From: Botryllus schlosseri
Lineage: Eukaryota
Assembly: GCA_051294905.1 (NCBI GenBank)
Contig: CM119371.1
Location: forward strand, 11,348,001 to 11,412,000
Length of the DNA stretch: 64,000 bases
Direction: 5' to 3'
Shown here: piece after piece, positions 34,269-46,737 of the stretch
How the letters are laid out: every line of letters starts with the position of its first letter
How positions within the stretch are numbered: the stretch's first letter is position 1
Program-made: the position numbers and the translations under genes
The notes under the pieces: model-generated
Told to the model about the DNA's origin: nothing
The model's input: the letters and a program-made list of their open reading frames with translations, nothing else
Database searches by the model: none

Positions 34269-37200
34269 CACTAAGGGCTTGAAGGACGACAAGCCATGTT
34301 GGATTTTAATTGAAACTGATCGAGATAGCTGGCCCACTTATATTTGATTTAGTTCTTCCGCTGATTAGGGACAAAGTCAAAGTGAACGGGTAATTAAAAT
34401 TGGGAAGACAATCGATTTATGTTTAGACCACATGGAGTTTCGAACTTTGATCGTTTTGTCGTGAATATCTCATAAACGTGGGTCATATATCAACAAAGCA
34501 TTGATTAGTGCTCCTTTACTAATAAAACATCTGATCGGAGGAAAATACCGTCATTGACGAACCATATCTCTACTGCACTGTCACTGTCTTCGAACATTCC
34601 TTACTCAAAGATTTTCTCAGCTGTGTCCTATCAAGCTACAAACGATGCTGCCCTGTGTAGTCTACTACAGATTTAATTGTTTCCTCCTATTCAAATATGC
34701 TATTATGCCGGTTGTTGCTACCAAGGATGTATGTTTCATCCAAATCTCATACTACAATCAGGTCATAAATGCGTGCAGAGTAAGCCCACTTGCTGGCGGA
34801 AGTGATCGGATTCGACCTCGTAATAATTGTATACTCGCATTGTTCACTTTCAGATTGATGAAGAAATGATGTTGCTTTCTTCATTTACAACCACGTACAT
34901 CGATTGATAGCATACATAGCTAATAACACACGAGATAAAGTATAGCAACATATGCAATTCTCTATAGTGGATCATAATAATAATAATGTTTTTGCTACCA
35001 TTCCTAAGGTCAAAGATAGTTTAGTGATTCACAGCCGAATAAATAGGTATTTGCACAACGGCAAGTAATAAATGTCAACTTTAGTCTAACCTCTAGTCTT
35101 TGCCATGAATAGCTTATCTGCCTAAATCCTTAGTTCGATAAACTTATGGAGTTAATGATCAACTCATGCACTCGGGTTAAAGCTTGCTACTCGTTGGTGT
35201 GGCAGCGGCGCGTCTCCTCTACAGACACCGAAGCCAGGCAGGATGTATTGAATGACGTTTTATGTCGTGTATTAGAGCTCATAGCAACAAATAGATGAGC
35301 TGGAAAGTGACTATCCAATACGTGCCTCATTCATAACTCGTACCTACCAACTTCAAATATAACGCACAATCACGTATTAAGCGTGTAACAGAGTGGAAGG
35401 TATAACTGTGCTCTGCGTGTACGAAGCACATTCTTGGGGATCGGTGAGTCGCTAACGCGACATTGCGAGTCGTACTTATCTTCGTCGCCTTTATTGAATA
35501 ATACAATGAACATTTATTGTACATAAGCTCGAATGACATGTGAGCATATTGTTGACATGCAAAAATGATGACTCTATGATGCCAAAATACCGTGACTAAG
35601 CCGATGGTGCTGCACAACTTGTAAAATGTGCATGTATAATATAAGTTTAATGCAAGAGCCTTGTACGAAAGAACAATTGCTTCTTGTCCTTGGTGCCACT
35701 GGTTTTGTTTGTTTTTAACACCGTTAGCACGTTCATGCAGTTTGTAGTTTGAACTAGGTTACTAGGAGTATAAACGAAATACCAACCGCCGCAATAAACC
35801 AGTTGAAGCTATCACCAAGTGACTACTTCTGATAATTGATGTGAATTCCCATTGACCCGACTGTTTAGTGTCGTGGTTATCGTTGTATATGTCTTCGTGT
35901 CCTTTAAAATAATAAGGTTCGATATTGTTGTTCTGCGTCAATATACATTGTATGATGTTTGATTCCTAACTAATACGAAGGTAATCTTTTGACCAAATCT
36001 CCGAACGATGCTGGTTCACAGAGGCCTCTGCAATACCAGTTTAGGGCCCGTTACAAGATCGGGAAGTCAAACAAGGGGAAAAAGTATGAGATAATTTGGT
36101 CAAAGGTGGTTACAGGAGTCCGCTCGAGTAGGCCTATGTGCTCTGCAGTCAGTGGTCCGTGGTACAGTGGTGTGCCGAGAGGGATTCGAAGGTCGAGAGC
36201 GACGTAACTTAAATTAGGATATATATTTGTATGTTTTAGTGATTTTGCCATTCCGAAGGTAACTTTTGAAATTGTATAGAAGTAGAAGTAATATCAAAAC
36301 TTTATACCTAATTAAAAGTGGATATGGTGACTTTTAAAGTCTACGTAAACTCTATCGAGCGAAAATAGAAAACACGAAGATGTGATAGGCAGCCTACTCG
36401 TACACAATTATGACTAGGGATACATTTAAAACAAACGTTTTTTAAACAAATGCCTTTAAAAATCATAATTGTGTTTTTCTCAAACGTATAGTATAAAATG
36501 TCATATTTGTGTAGATAATTTCGGAAAACATATAGCATGAGCCTAAAGACGATTCGCGCCCAGTATAGTCGACGTATACGATATATGGAGTGGATGGAAC
36601 CCTCAAAATCGTCGTCAGTTCGACAGTTATAGGAAGTAGACATATATCATTGATATGGAACGGGTGTTCTGATGATGACCACCGCCGACGGTAAAAATGC
36701 TGTAGCGATGTAATCCTGGTTAAAGATATTTTCGGTATGTTATGACAGAGGTCGGAAGCCCTTTTCGTCGAAGGAGCGATATTTAACTTCTATTTTCAAT
36801 TGTCAATGTCAATCCACTGCGACGTCACAATCAAATATTCATGACGTCATGGCTGAAAAAACAAACAATAAAAATCATGTTTTAAACAAGGGCCGTGTTT
36901 TGCTTCAAATGCAACCCTAGGTATGGCCTATGTAGTCCGGGGAAGTAGTTTAGAATGTCGTCGCGGACACATATTAGTATATCAGAAATGATACAATTTA
37001 AATTACTGCATGCATCTTGCGACTAATGCTAGTTTTATAGTCTGTCCTCGTAGTTTCAACATTAACCCCTAAAACTATTTTGCTGAGAGTTGTAGAACTA
37101 CATTTAATACCTTCTCTCGTGAAAATAGGTGAACGGCAGGTGACTGTTAGTCCTAAATTCGGACTATCCAACGAGAGTAAGATGCTTATGAAGTCTGATC

Positions 37201-38152
37201 TTTTTCGCAATATCAAGGTTTAGACCAGAAACACACTAAAGCTGTCCCAGATTGTTAGATAGGCTACTATATCGTCGGGCAGGATGATAATAGATACGGG
37301 CTAATCCTTGTCGGCTAGATGATACGTACATTCTTCATACAAATAGAATCTAATCATGGTTTACTTACAACATTTACCTTCTACTACTCTCTCACGGGCC
37401 CACCTTGATTTGATCATGAACTAAATCATCACACATTATGCACACCCATCTTGTATTATCAAATTATCATATAGGTTTAACAAAAATCTGCATATTGCAA
37501 AAGATTGATTACGAAACAGACTTGAGTAGATACTATTACTGCAATGAGTAACAAACCTTGCATTCAAGTATAGGACTAGGCCTATATCAATATATATCAC
37601 TGGCTATAACAAAAATGAAGTCGTCACTCAGGGATAATTAGACTCGTCTATAGATATCCATACCTTTATTGACACCAGTTGTTAGACATTCGGTACAGCA
37701 AGCAAAAGTTCGCGTATTCAATAGATCGAACTACCAGCATTTGAATATCAATGAATTTTGCCGAATATGAAAAAAAAGGATATGGAAATAAAAATTGACA
37801 ATCCTTCGCAAATAGCATACATTTTCTCGTTGAATCCATTATAAAAATATTTCAGTGGCAATAACAATATGGTACATTTCGATGGAGCAATTTGGTAGGA
37901 ATTCGGAACAGCGCATCAAACTTTCCCTATTCAAGAGATGGAACTGCAAAAACTTAAATTTCAATGACTTTGACGAAATATGAATTAAAAAGAGAAGAAA
38001 ATAAACGCGGTTGCAAGGGCCTAGCAGATTTATAGTCTTAGGAAGTTCTACACCGTAATACGTCTGAAGCCAGCACACTGCCCAATGCGCAAGTTTTTAG
38101 GATAGGCTGATTTAGATGGATATGTCGATACAACAGATCTCATCGGTCTGTA

Positions 38153-38694
38153 GCAGGGACGGGCAACTTCACAGGTCGGAGAGCCGGATATGGGAAAATG
38201 AAAAACTTTGCGGGCCGGATTACAGAATATCTATCGTAAGCGCGTATTTATTCACCTATACAAGGAATAAATAGGTCTTAATGTAAACTTCAAGATAAAA
38301 GCGTAGAGACTAAAAACAGTATTTAATGAATTGAAGTCAATCAGACATCTGTGGTCGGTCAAAGTTGTCAACAAGTTCCTTGAACTTAGGCTGCATGTCG
38401 CATGTAGAAACCATTCGTAAAGACCGCACGTAGACTTCGGTCAGTTCGGAACGCAGCTTCATCTTCCTAACGATCACGGTCGAAAATATATGTAGGCCCA
38501 TACCCGAACAGAGCAAATAGTTTCATGTCTATCTTTCTCAGGTTGGCAAACTTGAATTCATTCTGTGGCGCACTAAATTTGTCAATACTTTCAGAATATA
38601 ATTTCACTTTCAGGGTATAGAAACTCTCTGCGGGCTGGTCAAAATCCCTTCGTGGGCCAAATCCGGATGGCGGGCCTGAAGTTGCCCGTCTCTG
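38153..38694. mobile_element. hAT MITE
   Basis: CAGGGACGGGCAACTTCA...TGAAGTTGCCCGTCTCTG ends. The left end resembles that of 40906-41715. Confidence 0.75.
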
Positions 38695-38901
38695 ATTTAT
38701 AGCCTACAAGCTTGTACTTATTATACTATTGCAACTGTGTAGTCTTCATCCACATCGAAGTAGCATGGATTATTTTACTGGATGAGCATCGATATTAAAC
38801 AATATTGTGTCGTTGGAGATTCAATTTGGCGTAACAAAGAAAATCCTTTCACAATGTACGGGTGCGTATTTTGATGACATGAGAGCAGGGTAATTTATTA
38901 C

Positions 38902-39757
38902 TAGGGCAATTTTTTTTTGACCTAAAAAACGGAAGATTTTGACCTAAAAAATCTAAATTTTGACCTTTTTTGACCTAAAAAAACTGAAATTTGACCAAAT
39001 TTTGACCTCACGTATGCAAATTAGGTGTTTTCGCATATAATGTTAAAATTGTACTACTTATCTTCATTTCTGGTTGGAACTATCTGTCCTTACAAAGTAG
39101 ATTGGCCTGAAAAAACGTTTTTGGCTCAAAAACTAGTGTTTTAACGAAATCTGGCCCTATGAAGAATTCCAGTAGTTCCATTACGTATTCTGGTGGAAAT
39201 AATTAAAATTTGTTGTAGTACAACGAAAGATCCTTTCCTACATTCTCGGGTAGAAAGTGTCTGTCCTTACTGCGTAGCTTGCCAAGAACGGAGAAAGAAC
39301 GTTCAACAGCAGCATTTGTTGGCTGACAACACTCAATTTGTGTGCACACTGCTGGTGACAAACCGTGTTGCTTCATTCTGACAATGTTGTCTATATCACA
39401 ATTTTTCAGCTTGCGCTTCTTGATATAAGAACCATGCAATGTCCAAGCAGTCTTGCTTCAGCTAGGATATTGCGGTCCGTTGACCATAAAACCATGTCAG
39501 TATTTGTTTCATTTGACCATTTATGATTCACAATGAGCAGACGATGGTCCGTTTACAACGGTAGGCCTATAAAGTAGGCTACAAGCTGTAAAATATCAAA
39601 TGATAAGTTCACCGACAGCGCAAAATCTACGATACAAACGAAATGCAGAGGTCAAAAAATGTTTGACTTTGTAAACAATTTTGACAAATTTTGACCTAAC
39701 GCTACAATTTTGACCTAATTTTGACTTTTTTTGACATGTCAAAAAAAAATTGCCCTA
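38902..39757 (-). mobile_element. Deleted hAT element with a dimerisation-domain remnant
   Basis: TAGGGCAATTTTTTTT TIRs, perfect TSD TTTATTAC, TGACC subterminal repeats, and the remnant CCQPTNAAVERSFSVLGKL. Confidence 0.9.
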
Positions 39758-40336
39758 TTTATTACATTTGCCAATAATGAAGGAGAATAAATTAGCACAG
39801 AGGATTCACCTGTACAGGTCTCGCTCCTGGATTCGTTGGACAAGCTATCTCGTATTCATATAGATCAATGATTCCCAACCTGTGGTACGCGAAGTTCTTT
39901 CGTCGGTGGAAACACTTCTGGCCGCGGAAGGTGGTACGCGAGCACTGCATAAAACCGCGAACTGGTACGTGGGTGGGAAAAGGTTGGAAACAACAGGTAT
40001 AGATAATGGATATTTCATCAAAACATAAACTATTCACACCCGCATGATTGTGATTGCAATGAAAGCAATATAACACGTAGGCTACATCACAACAATATGC
40101 AGACGAGTCTATTAGCATATGTAGATTCATAATGATGCGAAAAATATGACTAATATATACTTATCAACGCGAGTTTAGGAATTTAGCAGAGGTTGCAATG
40201 TCACATACTTTTTGTTGAACTTGAAAATATCCAATGTAAAGGGACAGTAATAGTAACTGTAATACCCTCCAAAACATCGTTTCAATCAATGGTTTGTAAA
40301 TTTCATTTTCCAGTACACCGGAGACAAGATGTTTAC

Positions 40337-40721
40337 TTTTAAACCATGTCGCAAAATCTCTTTTGTATTAATATCGTCGGTTTCTTCAACGTAAATATTT
40401 CTCGTTCGAATAAATTTAAGCAAATCCCATAACGTCTCAATGGAATATGTAGCAACAGCCACTCGCTCGATCTGAGGTAATAGGACAAACCAGTTAAAAT
40501 GAAAAGAAAAACAAGAACTTAAATGAGACATCACATGGCCGATTTATATATACCTGATATCCTCCCAGGCCTTTACCAAGCCATGCGATCGTATCTGGAT
40601 TAAATGATTTATGATCCATAAGAACCAATTCTTCGAAACCGGATTCAGCAATGCAGCGTCCAAGAGACTCAACGAATTTTTCTCCTATTAACCAGTCCAT
40701 CATCACATCTATTGATTTTCC
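40337..40721 (-). CDS. Two intact phase 0-0 exons (40721-40554, 40471-40337) of an LRR-like repeat protein
   Basis: CAG acceptors, GT donors, 168 and 135 nt, both open: GKSIDVMMDW...FEELVLMDHKSFNPDTIAWLGKGLGGYQ / IERVAVATYSIETLWDLLKFIRTRNIYVE... Confidence 0.6.
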
Positions 40722-40905
40722 CTGAAAGTTCATTACTTGTATTTATGAAATAAAATACTCACTATCATATTCATGTACCTATTTAGAATATATTATTTCT
40801 ATAAATGTTCAACATAAATAGCAATTTTAAAATTCTAATAACTACGTACTCTATTCCAATAAAGCAATTATCAGATTTCTACGGGATTCGAAGTACAATC
40901 TAACT

Positions 40906-41715
40906 CAGGGGCGGGCAACTTCTCTAGCCAGCGGGCCGGATATAGGGAAATTAGGTACTTTGCGGGCCGGAATGCTTAATCGATACATTATTCGCCCATT
41001 TATCCACATATACAAGGAATTGATCGCATTTATTGAATGTATTATAACGACAGCAATGTCACTTCAAATCCATTTCTCGCCGATAATGACGAGGACAATT
41101 AGGATTTAAGAACATCATTATCATACAGGTGCCGCCATCTCTTCTTCTCTCTGATCAATCAACACACGGTGCAATCCATAATGAAGATTGCAAGGCGTAC
41201 GATTAGCCCGGTACACCAAATTTACGAAGATATCAATTCATTAGTTTTAAGTAGGTGGCGAGATATCGTAGTGGTATAATCCACAGCTACAGCGACAATG
41301 GGTTGTGCTTTCGAGTCCAACCGAGTTCTCGCCATCCCATCCGTATAAGCGTTGTCTTACAAAAGCCTAAAAGTGTGCCGTGGTACAAGTCGGCGGTTAC
41401 GGAATCAAAAATATCGGCCTGGTCCAAATGATCATTGTAGTCGACAAACACCATGACTCCCACGAACAACATTAGGGTTGAGTACATGGTAAATGCCGAT
41501 AATGAAAGTCTTCTCGCTTCAACGAACTTACGCGCAAGCTACACTCTCGCACGCTGCGCATGCAGTCACTCAATTTGACGTAGTAAGCAAGTAGTCGGGA
41601 ATCTCGGTAGACTGGGGCCGCGGGCCACATTATCATGAAAGACGGGAAACTGTATGCGGTCAAAATCCCGTCGCGGACCGGATCCGGGCCGCGAGCCGTG
41701 TGTTCCCAGCCCCTG
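40906..41715. mobile_element. hAT MITE containing a SINE family 1 copy (about 41251-41470)
   Basis: CAGGGGCGGGCAAC...CCCAGCCCCTG ends. The internal SINE matches 30642-30915. Confidence 0.7.
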
Positions 41716-41720
41716 AAACT

Positions 41721-43809
41721 CACGGGTGGGCAAACTTTTCAGCTCGCGGGCCGCATTCAACATTCGAATCCATTCGCGAGCCGCACTATATTAAATTGGA
41801 ATTATTAGGTAAAGCACAATTACTATTACCATGTAATTAACTGCCGAATGGAACTATGGAGTTGATATCTATGTGTTTAAAAGAAATCAAACAATAATTT
41901 AATGAAAACGTACCCGCGTCAGATACCATTGACATAATTTTTTAATCTGGTCATCTTCAACAACCAATTTGGTAAAATTTGGGATGAAAAGCGGCTGTGC
42001 TGATTGTTAGAAGCGGACGTAAGTTCTCTTCATATATTTGCTGATTCTACTTTTGGTTTAACTCCAGGACAGACAATGCTGACAGCATCATAACTAGAGC
42101 CCGACCGATATTGGATTTCTGAGCCGATACCGATAAGACCGATATCCAGTACCTCCACCGATAACACCGATATATTCAGCCGATATTCAAAAGATATGGA
42201 ATCTAGCTAAGGTCCATATTTAACACATCAGAGTATTTCTTTCAACAACTTTACAGCCATTGATATGCTTGAACATGAAATGAATGATCCAGGAACTATA
42301 AAAATATATCAAAAGCACCAATCCAGCAATTGCAGATTACAGTTCACGAAGCACAATTTCTCGGAGTGAACTTCTGTGGTCTTCCATAGATGATGTATAT
42401 AGTACTAAACACATTGAGCAGTCTTTCACTTGGTAGTTGGTACCATAATTAGTGGCACAGCAAGAATTGGAAATCTTTCTTCCTTCCGGTTCCACCGCTC
42501 CCTTGCAGGGGATTTTTCCTTCAATGGTTTCACCATATATTGATATTAATATTGATATTCTTCTGGCAATGCACCTGTAGCCTTCAGCAAATCATTAACA
42601 AATAGCTGAAGAGAATGTGCAAAACAACTCAAATTGTCCACGTCTGCAACTGCTCCACCCATTCCCCTTGGGCCTTGACCATGACCAGCATTTCAACAAT
42701 CAACATTTTACGCTATTTTGTCAGAATTGGCCAATGTCATCATGGAATCAAAAATTTTGGTATCAATTATTGGCTTTACTCCTCGTTTGCTTGATTTTCT
42801 TGCCCTCTATGCTTGCATATTTCCTATCATGGTGGCCCCGCAGGCCTCAGTCAGACGACTTCATACATTACTGGAATAATTAGCTCTGTTGGTACCGAAC
42901 CGAGATATGTTTCGATGCGACGCTTTTCTCTATCATTACGAGGGTCCGTCCAGCATGATTGAAGTTCTCATTTCTCTTACTGATTGAAATCTTCTGCAGA
43001 CAACTATCCATCCAGCTGCTCTATGTCGTTGGTGATCGATTACTGCAGGGGGATTCCCACGAAGTCAGTGGGGCATAACGGTGGTTAGTTATCTATAATA
43101 TTTTTCAGATAGGCACGCCTACTGCCCTGTATGAAGTATGCACTATCTGCAGCTTGGCCATTTATTTTTATAATTTACCGTCCTCACGTCTTCTATCGAC
43201 TTCTCTTACTCCCTGCCACCATGTTGTGACGTCACGAAAATGGCCGATATTTTTTTACCTTCAATGGCCGATACCGATATTTCACTCCAAGCGTGATATC
43301 GACTCGATATTATCGGCGAGCCGATAATCGGTCGTCTCTAATCATAACCATGCTGCCTTCGATATACGATGGGTACGATAGATATTCAATCTAAATATAA
43401 TAAATACTTCTACACATATCGAGAACATATCTGAACCTAACACACGCGTGAAGCGGTGTCCCATATACGGTAAGAAAAGTAATAGAACTACGGGGTTGTT
43501 AATTTCAAACCACTATCGTGATCTGAATTATATTACTTCCGTTTTGAATTTATGTGATGTTCACCAACTAAAACCTTTGAAAATGCGTGGGCCTTGAGAA
43601 CAGGCTACCACGTCAACAATAAAATAACCATCATAGTAAGAATGTAACTTATCGTGGTCATGGATAAATGTATTAGGAAGAAGTATCGCCAAGTCACTGC
43701 AAAAATTACATTTTGGTACGCATTATATTTTCTCGAGGCGAAGCCAGGCGGCACAAAACGATGTTCCGGACCGCATGCGGCCCGCTGGCCGTAATTTGCC
43801 CACCACTGT
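41721..43809. mobile_element. hAT MITE with a nested Ac-like element at 42095-43340
   Basis: Outer ends CACGGGTGGGCAAA and TTTGCCCACCACTG. Inner element TAGAGCCCGACCGAT...ATCGGTCGTCTCTA with perfect TSD ATCATAAC and CCGATA repeats. Confidence 0.8.
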
Positions 43810-44932
43810 TCTAACCGAATCTTTACATATACGTTGCGTGAGTCTAGGTAATCTATCATTCGGTTTACGAAAAAAGCAATCAAGACTAGAGACCGACCGA
43901 TAATCCGTTCGCTGATGACATTGAGTCGATATCACACTCCGAACTAATGAAGGTCTGTATCAGTCATTAAAGGTTAAATACGTCAGCAACGTGGTAGTTG
44001 GGAGTCAGAGAACTATAATTTGTGACTGCTAGACTGGAAATATTGATGTATTTCATCTAGTTCATAGGTGCTCAATGTACAAATGCTACTTTTCTAGTGT
44101 ATTTCATGTCCAAACATAACAATGGTTACAACATACAAGGCTGTACAAACAAATGTTCTGAAGGTTATGCTTTCAAACTGCTGCCTAAGCCAATGATATA
44201 TATACAATGATTGGAAACTGCCACGCCCCTTAACGCGACAAGATAGGTTCCCGGCGAAATCAGTCCGTCGCGGGTTATGCTTGAGCAGAGGTACGGGATT
44301 GCGTATGTCGACTGTGGTGAAGTGCTGCAATCGACCTTGCTGGCGCATTAATTCACTGATTTCCCCCAATCGGTTTAGTTTTTGTTGGTTTCTTGAGCAT
44401 AGTGAGGCAGTGCTGCATACTAGGATGTAATATAACTTTTAACAATGCACATTTATCACAGTACCGACTAGCTGCGAGGCATTTTAGCATCGGTTGCAAC
44501 CATGCATGTATAACACAGCCTAAACAATTATTAGATAGTGTGGGTGAGCGTCAATATAGATGTGCAGAACCAAGAAGAATTGTTAAAAGAGGATTTGAAA
44601 TTTTTCTGGCAGCATTTACGTCACCTGATTTTTTAAAAGAGAAGGGTTGATTAAGATATTTGTGTGAGTAACTAAGTTGTTTTAAATAGTATATATTGTA
44701 ATATTGCGGGGCCGAATTCATCAAGGCCGAGTTCACTGGCAACCATAGTATCAATATATTGATTGTACCTTCATAATATAAAATCAGAACTAACCGAAAA
44801 CTATTATTGCACTGATTGCTAAAATGCTAACATATATAACTTTTTACCGGGTCAGGCCGTTTAATCTACATCAATGATGAGAATCGGCATTGTACAAAAC
44901 AATATTCAATCGGCAAAACAATGCACTGATAA

Positions 44933-46737
44933 CACTGGTCTACACAAAATTACAGGTTTGGGTTTTGACAATTGATTTTGGCTAATTTTGGGGCGCTGAA
45001 TCCGGAAATGGCCTCAGATTTTCTCCATCACATCACGTTTTCTAGATATGAAATATCCCTAATTTTTTGAAAAATTCAATTTTTGACCCCCCCCCCTCTG
45101 TTGTCAAAACAAGGAATTCTGATGCAATAAACACTGTTTTACCCGCAATAATATAGCTTTAATTAGCAAACAAGCATTCTATGTTAGATTCATACAAATT
45201 TGAGTTGTCTTTATTGAAGTTGTATGCCCCGGAATTAAAAATAGGCGTGCAAAAGAGCAACCATAATAAAATTAAATGCTACATTATGCTGACGAACATG
45301 TGGATAGGACAGTAACAAGGTATTATCTGAATTACAGCCTAGAGTTCACACAATATGCCCATAGACATTCCAATGAAGTGCAGAAATTCGGAAGACAGGG
45401 ACTTGGGCAGGGCCAGTTCAGAAACATAAAAAAGAACTTTCATAAAATATGAAGTATTCACTTATAAGCTTAATAATTCTCTTTTGAGGGACGTTCTTTT
45501 ACGAACAGCATCTGGAATTTCACTTTTCCAACTCCATCAATAGTCGGCTATCATACGAAGATCCAGGTACAGGTGGCGACTGTGTCCTTGTCCTTGCTCG
45601 TACCGGATTTTTACTGGTGTGGGAAATAAATGAATCCATAAATCCCACCGGCCTTGAAAACGTGCCTCCATAATTTGAATAGCTTGGCTGAAACGTTCAC
45701 TCCGTTCTTCACTAACTTTCCCGAGGTTTTGTCTGAACTCATCCGCATGGCTCTTCAAATCGTTAACTTTGATGCTCATCCTGCATTCCAAAACTTCATA
45801 ACTAAGCAGTAGCTCCCTTGAGAGATCTTTTATAATTTTCTACTTTTCAGTTTCCCAAAAAACAGCACCGAAAGCATTCCAAGCTCTTGCCTCGAATGGC
45901 AACATTGATTATACAAGATTTTAATCCTTTAACAATTGCCTAATTTGAGGTCCATTGAAAATCCCAGTTCTTTTGTCTCTTCACTGAGACCAGAAAATGC
46001 TTAACATATATCCTTTAAAACACCCCCCTTCACAATCCAAAGCTTTTACATATTGTTTCATGAGACCAGGTTTGATGTGAAGAGGAGGCAAGAGGATCTT
46101 TTTTATATCAACAAACTGATCACGTATGATATTTTTGTCTCCAGGCGTCAAGGTGAGCCTTGGAGGCCACTCATCCATGTTCCAGTGGTGATCCTTGACC
46201 CTGCTGTCCCGGTAGCATAGAAAACATGGGTATTCGGTGTAGCCACTTTGTTGCCCCAGCAAAATGTTCACCATTTTCAAGTCTAAACAGATGAGCCAGC
46301 CATGGTCATGCTACTACAACTTTTCGAGAACGGTTTTGATGTTCTGATAATCTTCTTTCATTTTTCATTGCGATAAAATGTCACTCTTGTACCAGCTTTG
46401 TTATTTGCTCTTTTGCCTGCTTATTTTTTATTCCAAGGCATGAAATTTTAATAAATACAACACAAATTTGTTTGAATATAATATAGAATGCTTGTTTGCT
46501 AATTAGAGCTGGATTATTGCAGATAAAACAGTGTTTATTGCATCAGGTTTCCTTGTTTTGAAAACAGAGGGGGTCAAAAATTAATTTTTTTTTCAAATTA
46601 GGGATATTTCATATCTCAAAAACGTGATGTGATGGAGAAAATCGGAGGCCATTTTCGGAATCAGCGCCCCAAAATTAGCCAAAATCAGTTGTCAAAACCC
46701 AAACCTGAAAAAAAAAGTTGAAATTTGTAGACCAGTG
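44933..46737 (-). mobile_element. Chapaev3 (CMC superfamily) transposon relic
   Basis: CACTGGTCTACA termini, TAA TSD and about 250-bp subterminal inverted repeats. Confidence 0.9.
45480..46360 (-). pseudogene. Chapaev3 transposase pseudogene, C-terminal half
   Basis: Motifs LLGQQSGYTEYPCFLC, LLPPLHIKPGLMKQYVKAL, GIFNGPQIRQL and NLGKVSEE.SERF, with frameshifts. Confidence 0.88.

Noticed and set aside
19911..35400. Assignment to the Botryllus fester/fester co-receptor allorecognition families
   Set aside because: No sushi or C-type lectin exon was found and the species is not established. Only the Tyr-motif tail is loosely reminiscent.
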